Below are positions 36,289 to 46,100 of a stretch of 64,000 nt of DNA, one piece after another; positions within the stretch are counted from its first letter, which is position 1; each line of letters opens with the position of its first letter. The stretch spans positions 2,342-66,341 of the forward strand of contig JAFGSQ010000019.1 of NCBI GenBank assembly GCA_016934535.1. Reading direction: 5' to 3'. The position numbers and the translations under genes are program-made. The DNA comes from a candidate division WOR-3 bacterium (lineage in GTDB: Bacteria; SDB-A). The notes beneath the pieces are model-generated. The model did not search any database and was not told where the DNA came from. It saw only the letters and a program-made list of their open reading frames with translations.

Positions 36289-37260
36289 ATGAACGACATA
36301 AGAACGGGAGTAATCGGCGTCGGCCACCTCGGAAGACACCACGCGAGAATCTACAAACAGCTTGGCTGCCTGGAAGGAGTTTACGACCTTAACCAGGACA
36401 GAATGAATGAAGTTGCCGCCGAATTTTCCTGCAAACCTTACCCTGACATGAACGAACTTATAAAAAAAGTAGACGCGGTCTCTCTCGCGACGACAGCTTC
36501 AACCCATCACACAATAGGCATGAAAGTGCTTGACAACAAAAAACATCTTCTCGTAGAAAAACCTGTAACAGTCCTGACCTCTCACGCCGAAGAAATGATT
36601 AGATCCGCTTCAAAAGGAGGCGTTGTACTTCAGGTCGGGCATTCTGAACGATTCAATCCGGCTTTTCTTTACGTCAAAGACAAAATACGGGATCCCTTTT
36701 TCATTGAGAGTCATCGAATCGGTTTCCCCTCGGAACGTGGCCTCGACGTAGCCGTCGTTTTCGACTTGATGATCCACGATATAGACATCGCGCTTCAATA
36801 CATAAAAAGTCCCATAAAGGAGATATCCGCAATCGGCGGACCGATTTTCTCAAGAGAAATCGACATTGCAAACGCGCGTGTCGAATTTGAAAACGGAGCC
36901 ATAGCAAATCTGATGGTCAGTCGGGCGGCTCAGAAATCAAAAAGAAAAATCAGATTTTTCCAGATGGACGCTTACATATCACTCGATTTTCAGGAAAGAA
37001 TCGTCGAGATTTACAAGCGGACTCTGGAGAACGGAAAATACAGCATTTCCGTGGATAAATCCGAGCAGAAAGAAGGAGAGCCTCTCATGCTCGAGATCAG
37101 TTCTTTCATAAACTCCGTAAAAGAGGGTAAAAAGCCTGAAGTCAGCGGTGAAGACGGCATGAGGTCGCTTGAAGTCGCCTGGAAAATTATTGAAAAGATA
37201 AAAACGAGATATTCAAGCATGATAGGTTTTTATGCGCAAGATACTCATAGTAACCGGTGA
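36289..37260 (+). CDS. Gfo/Idh/MocA-family NAD(P)-dependent oxidoreductase (GnnA-like candidate)
   Basis: Rossmann N-terminus GVIGVGHLGRHHARI with the typical C-terminal alpha/beta domain. It is embedded between acpS and lpxB. Confidence 0.8.
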   Translation: MNDIRTGVIGVGHLGRHHARIYKQLGCLEGVYDLNQDRMNEVAAEFSCKPYPDMNELIKKVDAVSLATTASTHHTIGMKVLDNKKHLLVEKPVTVLTSHAEEMIRSASKGGVVLQVGHSERFNPAFLYVKDKIRDPFFIESHRIGFPSERGLDVAVVFDLMIHDIDIALQYIKSPIKEISAIGGPIFSREIDIANARVEFENGAIANLMVSRAAQKSKRKIRFFQMDAYISLDFQERIVEIYKRTLENGKYSISVDKSEQKEGEPLMLEISSFINSVKEGKKPEVSGEDGMRSLEVAWKIIEKIKTRYSSMIGFYAQDTHSNR

Positions 37261-38344
37261 ACTTTCCGGAGACATTCACGCCTCCGAATTCATAAGGGAA
37301 TCACTGGCCTTTGACAGCGATATCGAATTTTTTGCTATCGGCGGAAGCAACATGGAAAAAGCCGGCGCCGCTATAATAATGCCTTATGACTCCCTGACGG
37401 CCATGGGTTTCGTCTCTCCGGTTCTGAACATATTTCACTACAGGCGAATACTCGACAAAATACACAAATGGATGAAGACCGAAAAACCGGATGCCGTCGT
37501 ACTCGTCGATTTTCCCGGTTTCAACCTTCAGGTCGCGATGTTCGCTCATTATCTTAACATTCCGGTTGTCTACTATATTCTGCCTCAGGTGTGGGCGTGG
37601 GGAACATGGCGAATCAGACAAATTAAAAAATATGTAGACCTTGCCCTGGTCATACTCCCATTCGTACCGAAGTTTTTTTCCCAGTACGGTGTAAGATCCG
37701 TATACGTGGGGCATCCGGTCCTCGACACTGTTGTTAAACGCGGGAACTACCCTGAAACCGCAGACGAAAAAAATACCGCTACTGTAGGTCTTTTCCCCGG
37801 TTCGAGAAAGTCGGAAATCAGAAGGCATATCCTGGTAATGTTAAAAGTAGCGGAATTAATAAGAATCCGGCATCCAGAAGTCAATTTCCTCGTCGCCTGC
37901 GACCCGAAAAACGCAGACACGGCATACTTGCCAGGTTACATAAACTTCGTGCCAGACGATCCATACGGCGTCATGAAAAGATCCAGTATCCTCATAGCCG
38001 CTTCAGGTACAGTGACACTTGAGGGAGCCTTTTTTGAAAAACCCATGATCGTCATATACAAAACCGAGGCTCCGACCTATTTTCTAGCAAGGCTTCTCGC
38101 AAAAGTACCTTACATCAGCCTCGTAAATATAACGGGAGGGGAAAAAATATTACCTGAGTTCATTCAGAAAAACGCCGACCCGGAAAAAATAGCTCAAAGC
38201 GCCGAAAGCCTTCTGTACGATAATGCTGTGAGAGAAAAGATGATAAACAAAATTAAAACCGTCAAGAAAAAACTCGGCTCTCCAGGAGCGTCAAAAAGAG
38301 CGGCCGAATATTTTTTGAGATTCATAAATGAAAATAAAAGATAA
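37232..38344 (+). CDS. lpxB: Lipid-A-disaccharide synthase
   Basis: N-terminus MRKILIVTGELSGDIHASEFIRE plus the GT-B fold; 370 aa. Confidence 0.9.
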   Translation: MRKILIVTGELSGDIHASEFIRESLAFDSDIEFFAIGGSNMEKAGAAIIMPYDSLTAMGFVSPVLNIFHYRRILDKIHKWMKTEKPDAVVLVDFPGFNLQVAMFAHYLNIPVVYYILPQVWAWGTWRIRQIKKYVDLALVILPFVPKFFSQYGVRSVYVGHPVLDTVVKRGNYPETADEKNTATVGLFPGSRKSEIRRHILVMLKVAELIRIRHPEVNFLVACDPKNADTAYLPGYINFVPDDPYGVMKRSSILIAASGTVTLEGAFFEKPMIVIYKTEAPTYFLARLLAKVPYISLVNITGGEKILPEFIQKNADPEKIAQSAESLLYDNAVREKMINKIKTVKKKLGSPGASKRAAEYFLRFINENKR

Positions 38345-38984
38345 ACTTTTTCTCGGCCCCGGCGTGTACATTGGTTATCTGTTCATACTTTTGTGGGGCA
38401 AAACTCTTTCCATTGTCAAAAGGAACATCGAAGAAACACTGTCCGATAAAAGCAATTACCCGGCCGTCTATCTTCTTTGGCACAGAGACCTTCTGGTCCC
38501 GGCTTTTTTCTTCAGAAACAAAGGGTATAAAGTACTCATCGGAAAGCACAGGGACGCAGAATATATTTCGAGGATATCGCTGAAACTCGGTTACAGAACA
38601 CTGAGGGGTTCTGCAACCAGGGGATCCGCTTCGGCGATGAGAAACATCGTCAAATCTCTCAAAAAAAATGAAATCGTCGTTATCACTCCTGACGGCCCGA
38701 CTGGTCCGCCTCAGGAAATAAAAGAAGGCTCCCTCCTGGCCGCCGTCAAAATAGGGGCTCCCGTGATACCTGTTGTACTTTCGTACAAAAAATTTTACTC
38801 TTTCAAATCGTGGGACAAGTTCCGTCTCGCAATTCCATTTTCAAAAGTGTGCATTCTGTTCGGCAAGCCTGTTTTAATGAAGGATTGCGGGTCCAGGGAC
38901 AACGTCCGCAGAATAAAACCGATCCTCGAAAAAAAAATAATCGGACTCGAAAAAGTTGCAGAGAAGGCGTTGTGCTCAGCGTAA
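38328..38984 (+). CDS. DUF374-family lysophospholipid acyltransferase-like protein
   Basis: A 218 aa ORF with an N-terminal hydrophobic helix. This family is commonly adjacent to waaA. Confidence 0.65.
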   Translation: MKIKDKLFLGPGVYIGYLFILLWGKTLSIVKRNIEETLSDKSNYPAVYLLWHRDLLVPAFFFRNKGYKVLIGKHRDAEYISRISLKLGYRTLRGSATRGSASAMRNIVKSLKKNEIVVITPDGPTGPPQEIKEGSLLAAVKIGAPVIPVVLSYKKFYSFKSWDKFRLAIPFSKVCILFGKPVLMKDCGSRDNVRRIKPILEKKIIGLEKVAEKALCSA

Positions 38985-40219
38985 TCGCGTACAATATCTT
39001 TCTTGCTATATTTTTCCCCTTTCTGGCTCTTGTCATTTTTGCGAAAATACTGCAAACACGCAGAGAATGGATGAACAGATGGGGATTTTTGCCAAAATTC
39101 AAGAAAAGATACGTAATCTGGATCCACGGTTCATCTGTCGGAGAAATAAATTCTCTCAAATCAATTTGCGCGGACCTGAGTGTCAAACACCCCCGCTTCA
39201 GGTTTCTGGTGACCTCCTACACAAGGACAGGTGTCATTCGCGCAGAAAATATAATGAACAAAAAGAACATCAAAACGGCTTTTTTCCCTTTCGATTTTCC
39301 TTTGAGCGTAATCAACGCGGTCAACAGAGTAAAACCTTCATGTGTCCTTTTCACGGAAACAGAAATATGGCCGAATTTTCTTTTTTACTGCAGGCTTAGA
39401 AAGATACCGGTATTCCTTTTGAGCGCAAGAATATCCGACAGGACTTATCCCCGATACAAATCCTTCCGGAGATTTTTGAAAAGGGTCCTTTCCTCCTACA
39501 CATTCGTTTTCGCCCAGGACGAATTAAACGCCCGGCGCTTTATAGAAATCGGCGTGCCCAAGGACAGAATATCCAGGTCAGGCTCTCTGAAAGCTTCTTA
39601 TGAAATACAGTCGCCTCCTCCTTTACCAATCCGGCCCGGAACAATTCTATGGACAGCCGGCCCTTTGAGAAAAGGCGAATTCGAGCAGATTTTAGAGGTT
39701 TTCTCTTCCCTGAAAAACAGGTATTCTTCCCTCGCTCTTCTTTTGGCTCCAAGATATCTCGACATGACACAGGATATTCTGCGGTGTGCCCGATCAAAAA
39801 GCCTCGAACCGACTCTTAGGTCTCATTCTGCGGAGATATTGCCGGGACTGACCATACTTGACAGCCTTGGCGAGCTTTCTCGTTTCTACAAAGAGGCTAA
39901 AATAGCTTTTATAGGGGGTTCTTTTGTCAACGCGGGAGGTCACAATCCCCTCGAAGCGGCTTTTCAGGGAGTACCCGTGCTGATGGGACCGCATTATCAG
40001 AACGTCGAAGACACGATGAACAAACTCGCCGAGGCAAAAGGAGCCTGGATAGTCGAATCTCAACAGGATCTTGAAAAAGCGCTCGATAAGTTACTCTCCA
40101 ACGAAGACATGAGACGATCGGCCTCGGAAAATATACAAAAAGCCGCACTGTCGCAGCTCGTTTCAAAAAATGAAATATACGAGATGATTGAGAAGAAAAC
40201 TCCCGGATTCCCATGTTGA
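38972..40219 (+). CDS. waaA: 3-deoxy-D-manno-octulosonic acid (Kdo) transferase
   Basis: GTG start at 38972 (VLSVIAYNIFLAIFF...) and the WIHGSSVGEINS motif. The track start at 38810 lies inside the previous gene. Confidence 0.85.
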   Translation: MLSVIAYNIFLAIFFPFLALVIFAKILQTRREWMNRWGFLPKFKKRYVIWIHGSSVGEINSLKSICADLSVKHPRFRFLVTSYTRTGVIRAENIMNKKNIKTAFFPFDFPLSVINAVNRVKPSCVLFTETEIWPNFLFYCRLRKIPVFLLSARISDRTYPRYKSFRRFLKRVLSSYTFVFAQDELNARRFIEIGVPKDRISRSGSLKASYEIQSPPPLPIRPGTILWTAGPLRKGEFEQILEVFSSLKNRYSSLALLLAPRYLDMTQDILRCARSKSLEPTLRSHSAEILPGLTILDSLGELSRFYKEAKIAFIGGSFVNAGGHNPLEAAFQGVPVLMGPHYQNVEDTMNKLAEAKGAWIVESQQDLEKALDKLLSNEDMRRSASENIQKAALSQLVSKNEIYEMIEKKTPGFPC

Positions 40220-41172
40220 AATTCCTTTTAGTTCCTCTCGTTCCTCTGTATTTCTCACTTTACTGTTTAGACAAAAAAATAAAGACCTCCAAAAAAACAA
40301 GATTTTCAGCAAAGACGATAAGCGTCGGAAATATCGAAGCAGGAGGCACCGGTAAAACCCAGTTTGTATCTTACATTCTTTCTATTCTGGAAAGAAAGAA
40401 TGTCCGTGCGGCTGTGCTGGCGAGAGGATACGGGGGATCTCACAGAGGTTTCGTGAGCCCAAACACTCCTGAAGCGGGTGACGAAGTAAGAATGATCTCC
40501 AGGAAATTCAGCAATTTTCCTGTCGTCGCTTGCGGCGACAGACAGAGAGGTTATAAAATGCTGATCAAAGAAAATCCGGGAGTCGAAGTCATTATACTCG
40601 ACGACGGATATCAGCAATACGGAATTGCCAAGGATCTCGATATCCTTCTTCTCGACTGGGAAAATCCCAAAGCCGGAGGTCTCATTCCCATGGGGAGCCT
40701 GAGAGAACCTCTATTGGCTTCAAGAAGGGCAGACCTTATAATTTTCACAAGAACCAAAGAACCTGTTTTACCGGCAGGTTTGGCAAGATTCCCGGATTCA
40801 CTCAGTGTTCCATGCCTTTTTTGCGATTTCGAGACAACAGGAGTTATAAAGAAAGGCGTCTCTCTGTCGCGAAGGGAAAAATATTTTTTTGTAAGTTCCA
40901 TAGCAAAACCCGAAAGACTGCTCAGACATCTGAACTCCTCAGGATTCGACATCACAAATTTCATGTTTTTCAGGGACCACCATTCCTTTTCTGACAGAGA
41001 CGCCGATAAAATCATTTCGAGCACAAAAAAAAGCGGATGTAAGGAAGTGCTTTGCACAGAAAAAGACGCTGTGAAACTGCCCTTCGAATGCGCAATAATA
41101 GAATCTGAAATAAAATGGTTCGGCAATTCGGGAGACATTTTTATTAAAAAGCTCACGGAGACTGTACTTTGA
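40213..41172 (+). CDS. lpxK: Tetraacyldisaccharide 4'-kinase
   Basis: P-loop SVGNIEAGGTGKTQFV; 319 aa. Confidence 0.85.
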   Translation: MLKFLLVPLVPLYFSLYCLDKKIKTSKKTRFSAKTISVGNIEAGGTGKTQFVSYILSILERKNVRAAVLARGYGGSHRGFVSPNTPEAGDEVRMISRKFSNFPVVACGDRQRGYKMLIKENPGVEVIILDDGYQQYGIAKDLDILLLDWENPKAGGLIPMGSLREPLLASRRADLIIFTRTKEPVLPAGLARFPDSLSVPCLFCDFETTGVIKKGVSLSRREKYFFVSSIAKPERLLRHLNSSGFDITNFMFFRDHHSFSDRDADKIISSTKKSGCKEVLCTEKDAVKLPFECAIIESEIKWFGNSGDIFIKKLTETVL

Positions 41173-42122
41173 AAGCGGGAATCATTGAAGGAGGGGGCGG
41201 CGGACTTCGCTTTTTCGTATTCAATGGCTGGAAAATAGTGGAAAAAGTGTCGCTTCCCGAGGGCAATTATATGAAGATAAAAGAAAATTTACCGGATTAT
41301 TTAAAAGATCTCCTTACAAAAAGCTCTTCATACGATCCTGTCTCCCCTATCGGCGCCGCCCTTGCAGGTCTTTATACTGATTCTGAAAAAGAGCATTTTA
41401 AAACTTCGCTCAAAAAAGCCGGGCACCTGGGCGAAGCTTACATAACCAACGACGCATTCGCAGCTTATCATGGAGCTTTCAAGGAATTCGGGAATATACT
41501 AACACTGTCCGGAACGGGTTCGATAGTTTTTTCCGTTTCAAAAGAAGGATTTCTTAAAAGACGCGGCGGTTGGGGACATTTGCTGGGAGACGAGGGCAGT
41601 GGATTCTGGATAGGCAGGCAGGCTCTCAGGAAAGTCACCGGATTATACGACAAAAAGATCCAAAGCTCTTCTCTCGTTTCATTTCTCCTGAACAACAGAC
41701 GGTTCGAAACAATGGATTTTGTCAGGCAGTTTTTGTCTTCGAGCAATCCGGTCAAAGATATTTCACTTCTCACATACGATCTGAATAATGCCGCGGAAAA
41801 TGGCCTCGTTGAGGCGGCGGATATTTTCCGGGAAGCGGCCGATAATATCGCGGAAGAAGTATTGAGCCTGTCCATTGAAACAAAATCACATTTTTATGCC
41901 CTGCGCGGCGGAGTGGCGATGAACTGCCCTGTTTTTTATGATAGAATTACGGAAATACTTGAAAAAAAGGGAATGGAAATGAAAGACGAAAAGTTGACTG
42001 CCGTCGGAGGATTATTGGCGATAATCTTCGGCGACGAAACTTTTCAAGAACTCAGGAGGCATAATGATAAAGAAGTCGTTCTTATTGTTAATCCTTATGA
42101 TTCCCGCAGTGGCGTTTTGTGA
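41169..42122 (+). CDS. BadF/BadG/BcrA/BcrD-type ATPase (ASKHA superfamily, N-acetylglucosamine-kinase-like)
   Basis: Glycine-rich N-terminus IIEGGGGG; motifs SGTGSIVF and GGWGHLLGDEGSG. Confidence 0.7.
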   Translation: MKAGIIEGGGGGLRFFVFNGWKIVEKVSLPEGNYMKIKENLPDYLKDLLTKSSSYDPVSPIGAALAGLYTDSEKEHFKTSLKKAGHLGEAYITNDAFAAYHGAFKEFGNILTLSGTGSIVFSVSKEGFLKRRGGWGHLLGDEGSGFWIGRQALRKVTGLYDKKIQSSSLVSFLLNNRRFETMDFVRQFLSSSNPVKDISLLTYDLNNAAENGLVEAADIFREAADNIAEEVLSLSIETKSHFYALRGGVAMNCPVFYDRITEILEKKGMEMKDEKLTAVGGLLAIIFGDETFQELRRHNDKEVVLIVNPYDSRSGVL

Positions 42123-44847
42123 CGACTCCTGCTGGATAAACACATACAGGTTCACTGACATAGAGATCATACCGGAATACGATTCCGTTATTGGCATGGC
42201 TGTGGAAGATTTTGTTTGTTTGGATGCGTCGGACACTATAAGATTGGACTGCGTCTCCCCGGTTGCAGACAGCGTAAAAATAGCGACTCAGAACAGGTAT
42301 TTCTACCAAACTGACAGCCTGCTCGTCATCTCTTTGGACAGGACATACAATCCTTCAGAAACGCTTGAAATTGCAGTGTACTTCAGAGCGGTGCCGGTCA
42401 ACATACCCATTCCTTTCGCAACCGGAGGAATATTCATTACTCCCACTCTTATTTATTCGTGTCACGCTCCTTTCGGACTAAAGACGTGGGTGCCGTGTCT
42501 GGATAATCACAGACATAAAGCCGCTGTGAGACAGTATTACACTGTCCCTGAAAATCTGTACGTCGTCTCTAACGGCGTACTCGACTCAGTGATCCAGCTT
42601 TCGGGAAACAGGAAAAAATATTTTTGGAGGGAGACGGAACACCTGTCACCGTACCTGCAGGGACTGGCCGCTTACGACTATTCGCTGAGCAGTTATTCTG
42701 TCGGCGGAGTTCCAGTTCTGCTCGCCGCGTTCCCTCAGGACTCATCCGCCTTGGCCTATGATTTGAGAAGACTCGACACAATGCTTTTGGCCTACGAAGA
42801 AAGATACGGAGATTATCCGTTCGAAAAAATCGCTTACGCTGAAGTCAACCTGCCGGGAGCCATGGAGAATCAAAACTGCATACTGGCCGGCTCTTCAGTA
42901 ATAACAGGAACTGGCGCCAATGAAATTCTTTTCGCTCATGAACTTTCACACATGTGGTGGGGAGATTATGTCACCACGGAAAGCATAAAAGAGGTCTGGT
43001 TCAACGAAGGAATGGCGACTTTTTCCGAAGGAATTTTTGTTGAAAAGATTTCAGGCGTTCAGGCAATGCACAATTACATGCATCAGCGCAGAACCCAATA
43101 CATCGGATGGGAAGGCACGAACGGAATTTATCCGATGTACGACCCGCCGTGGGAGCATTATTATTCGGAATTGACCTACGAACGCCCCGGAACCGTATTT
43201 TACGCTCTGAGGTATATGATCGGCGATTCCGCTTTTTTCGCTTCTTTGCAGAACTTAACAGCAATTTTCGGCTCTTCGACGGTTACATGGCAGGACGTCG
43301 ATTCAATATTTTCCGACGTATCCTGTGAAGATTTGACCTGGTTTTTCGAGCAATGGGTTCTAGGTTCAGGGACTCCATGGATGCGCTGGACAGCTTTAAG
43401 TAAAAGTGCCGGAACTGACAGCGTTCTTGTCAGGGCCTGGACATTTTCAAATTCTTCGACAGACTTCACAATAAAAGCGCCCCTTTTTATCTATCAGGGC
43501 AACGACACTGCTTTTTACAAAGTAACGGCCTCAAGAGACACTTTTGACAATTTTTTCGCATTTGCGCCCGATTCAGTTTGTCTCGATCCCCTAGGAACTC
43601 AGTTCACCTCTTCTACGGCCAGAGAAAACCCTGAAATATCAGCGCTACTGGCACTCGACGAAGCGATTCTGGTTCAATGGTCTCCGTGTTTTTTTGGCGA
43701 TCTGACTGGCTACAATGTATACGGAGCCCCGTACGGAACAACCTTTTTTGAAAAGCTGAACCCGGCTCTTCTCACTGACACGACATTCCTGGCTCAAAAT
43801 TTAACAAACGGCGTAAAATACACTTTCTTTGTGACGTTCGAGATTCAAGGGGGCTGGGAAAGTTATCCATCGGACACTTCTTCGACAACTCCGGTGCCTT
43901 TTCCTTTCGACAGGAGAATTCTTGTTGTAGATGAAACCGAGGGCGGAAACGGGACTCAGCCTCATTTACCCACAGACGCTCAGGTGGATTCCGCTTACGC
44001 CGCCCTTTTGATTGGCATTAACCATGACGTATATCACTGCGACACATCATTGCCCGACTTGACTTTACTCGGACATTACCAGTGTGTAGTATGGCACAGC
44101 GACGAATACACATCGACAAGTCTGATAAAAAACCAATCACAACTGATAAGGTCATACATCACAGCCGGCGGTAAGATTATCCTGTCAGGCTGGAGAGTGT
44201 TCGAATTGTCGCCGCCGGATTTCCTTGCGCTTTTCGGAGTCACTCAAGCCTCCGTCGTCACTCAAAAGAACTTCGAAGTCTCAGTCGGAAAAAACGGTTT
44301 TCCCGACGTTTACGTCAATTCCTCCCTCATGCCCCCGTCTTGGAACGGAAAAATGGACAGAGCAACTTATTTTGAGACTTTTGGGTCAGATACGTTGGGA
44401 GTTTGGGGCAACGGTTATCCCCAGACGGGGAAAACGACAACCGCGGGAAGTAATGACTCCATCAAGTTTGTCGTCAACGGGTACCCTCTTTATTTTATGG
44501 AACATCAAAACGCGAGAGATTTTCTTGTTTCCTGTTTTACATACCTTGGTCAGGTCGGAATAGACGAAAACTTCTCTGGTCAGGAACCGGCGATTCTTCC
44601 CGTCCTGAGACTGTGCCCTGAAGGCGTCGAAATTCTTCTTTCTTCAGGTCTCGCCGGCAGTAACTTTGACCTAATGATCTATGACGTCGCGGGAAGGCTT
44701 GTTTTCAGGAGAGAATTCGGGTTCTCGGAAAGAACTGTCTATCACTGGACGGATTCCGAAGGAAAATTACTGCCTCAAGGCAACTATTTCATCAATGTCG
44801 AATACAACGGTACAACCGTTTCGGGCAAGTATTTTTACATTCAATAA
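42064..44847 (+). CDS. Secreted M1-family (gluzincin) aminopeptidase fused to additional domains and a T9SS-type C-terminal sorting domain
   Basis: Signal peptide MIKKSFLLLILMIPAVAFC. HEXXH plus E: FAHELSHMWWGDY...WFNEGMATF. The C-terminus is ...GNYFINVEYNGTTVSGKYFYIQ; 927 aa. Confidence 0.75.
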   Translation: MIKKSFLLLILMIPAVAFCDDSCWINTYRFTDIEIIPEYDSVIGMAVEDFVCLDASDTIRLDCVSPVADSVKIATQNRYFYQTDSLLVISLDRTYNPSETLEIAVYFRAVPVNIPIPFATGGIFITPTLIYSCHAPFGLKTWVPCLDNHRHKAAVRQYYTVPENLYVVSNGVLDSVIQLSGNRKKYFWRETEHLSPYLQGLAAYDYSLSSYSVGGVPVLLAAFPQDSSALAYDLRRLDTMLLAYEERYGDYPFEKIAYAEVNLPGAMENQNCILAGSSVITGTGANEILFAHELSHMWWGDYVTTESIKEVWFNEGMATFSEGIFVEKISGVQAMHNYMHQRRTQYIGWEGTNGIYPMYDPPWEHYYSELTYERPGTVFYALRYMIGDSAFFASLQNLTAIFGSSTVTWQDVDSIFSDVSCEDLTWFFEQWVLGSGTPWMRWTALSKSAGTDSVLVRAWTFSNSSTDFTIKAPLFIYQGNDTAFYKVTASRDTFDNFFAFAPDSVCLDPLGTQFTSSTARENPEISALLALDEAILVQWSPCFFGDLTGYNVYGAPYGTTFFEKLNPALLTDTTFLAQNLTNGVKYTFFVTFEIQGGWESYPSDTSSTTPVPFPFDRRILVVDETEGGNGTQPHLPTDAQVDSAYAALLIGINHDVYHCDTSLPDLTLLGHYQCVVWHSDEYTSTSLIKNQSQLIRSYITAGGKIILSGWRVFELSPPDFLALFGVTQASVVTQKNFEVSVGKNGFPDVYVNSSLMPPSWNGKMDRATYFETFGSDTLGVWGNGYPQTGKTTTAGSNDSIKFVVNGYPLYFMEHQNARDFLVSCFTYLGQVGIDENFSGQEPAILPVLRLCPEGVEILLSSGLAGSNFDLMIYDVAGRLVFRREFGFSERTVYHWTDSEGKLLPQGNYFINVEYNGTTVSGKYFYIQ

Positions 44848-44880
44848 TCATAAATTTTCTCGGGGTAGAAGAATTTTAAT

Positions 44881-44915
44881 AAAAAAGGGCGGATTTAAAA
44901 ATCCGCCCTTTTTAC
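44881..44915. terminator. Bidirectional rho-independent terminator between convergent genes
   Basis: aaaaaagggcggatttaaaaatccgcccttttt: a GC stem flanked by an A-run and a T-run. Confidence 0.75.
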
Positions 44916-44936
44916 TGACAACTAAACCGGATTACT

Positions 44937-45899
44937 TTATTCGGCTACGATTATCTTGCCCGAGAAAACGCTTCCCGAAGCTTCTAATCTGTAAAAATAT
45001 GTTCCCGTGCTGAGGTTCTGATCAAGAGAAACGGTGTGAGTTCCCGCTCCGGCATTGAGGTTTTTGGAACCGATCGTCCTTCCCGTGACGTCCATTACTC
45101 TGAATGAAACATCTGACGAGGAAGGAAGAGCCAATTCAACGGCTACTTTGCCAGAGAAAGCCGACACGAGTCTGCACTGCAATAAGGAAGGAATCTGCAC
45201 GGGATTTTCTTCAACCGCATTGGGATTTCCGTAGAGAATGAATCCGGCTTCGGATCCCGCGTAGCCCTGAGCACTGGCAGAAGTCCATTTCGTTATTCCG
45301 AGAAGGACAAACGCCTGGTACCATTCCTGGCCGTTGCCTATGCCGACTGAGCACTGCCAGCCCGTCTGGCCGTTGGCCGCGAAAGAGGTCGAAGGCTGAG
45401 CGACAATCCACCATCTGCCGACGGGGATCTGCATTCCGAGTCCCGTCAGGTTCATGTGAACGCTGTAAGGATTCGCGCCGTATGCCGTGTAATTGGCCGC
45501 TTCGACTATGATCGTCTGCGTCGGCGTCATTTTGGGCATGGGTGTCGCTATTCCGCTGTCTTCGTAAACCAGTACGCGGATGTTGGGAACGAGGGTCCAG
45601 CTTGAAAATCCGTTCCAATTGCTCCACCAAGTCGTCATTGAATCAATATTCCATGCCGAACCTGAATTGTTCTCGACGTCGTCTACAAGTTCAGATTCGA
45701 AAGGATAGACTGAATCTATCTGACTGGACATACCCGCTCCTGATATTGAATCTGGAATCTGGGACCACAACGTCGCAAGAGGCAATGCCAGATCCTGATT
45801 TGGAGCGGTTGTATTGTTTATCTGACTGTGAGTTTGCAATCCCGCAAAAAGTCCCGTCGCAATCATCATTGAGCACAGTACCAACATACTTCTCTTCAT
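44937..45899 (-). CDS. Secreted protein, comprising a domain of unknown function plus a T9SS-type C-terminal sorting domain. It is a paralog of the N-terminal part of the 46101-48869 gene.
   Basis: Signal peptide MKRSMLVLCSMMIATGLFA. About 75% identity to residues 70-300 of the next gene. It ends GTYFYRLEASGSVFSGKIIVAE. Confidence 0.6.
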   Translation of the reverse strand: MKRSMLVLCSMMIATGLFAGLQTHSQINNTTAPNQDLALPLATLWSQIPDSISGAGMSSQIDSVYPFESELVDDVENNSGSAWNIDSMTTWWSNWNGFSSWTLVPNIRVLVYEDSGIATPMPKMTPTQTIIVEAANYTAYGANPYSVHMNLTGLGMQIPVGRWWIVAQPSTSFAANGQTGWQCSVGIGNGQEWYQAFVLLGITKWTSASAQGYAGSEAGFILYGNPNAVEENPVQIPSLLQCRLVSAFSGKVAVELALPSSSDVSFRVMDVTGRTIGSKNLNAGAGTHTVSLDQNLSTGTYFYRLEASGSVFSGKIIVAE

Positions 45900-45927
45900 T
45901 GAGTCTCCTCCTTGTAAAATTTAATAC

Positions 45928-45956
45928 ATTTTAATAAATTCCTTATAATTTGTCAA
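45928..45956 (-). promoter_or_regulatory. Candidate sigma70 promoter TTGACA-N17-TAAAAT for the 45899 gene
   Basis: On the minus strand, TTGACA lies at 45956-45951 and TAAAAT at 45933-45928. A GGAGGAG RBS at 45913-45907 precedes the ATG at 45899. Confidence 0.45.
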
Positions 45957-46035
45957 TTGTTATCGTCTCTGACATTATCCGTTTTCCCAAACCATATGAT
46001 TCGTTATCTTTTTGCTGAAAACCTTACAAGAGAAG

Positions 46036-46080
46036 GGACGGGTTTTGAAGCCCGTCCCATGAAGGCGATTGCCCGCCTTC
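46036..46080 (-). terminator. Tandem hairpins downstream of the 46101 gene (putative terminator)
   Basis: gggacggg-ttttgaag-cccgtccc and gaaggcg-attgcc-cgccttc, located 20-65 nt after the stop codon. The U-tract is weak. Confidence 0.35.
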
Positions 46081-46100
46081 GTATTTCGAGGATAATTCGC

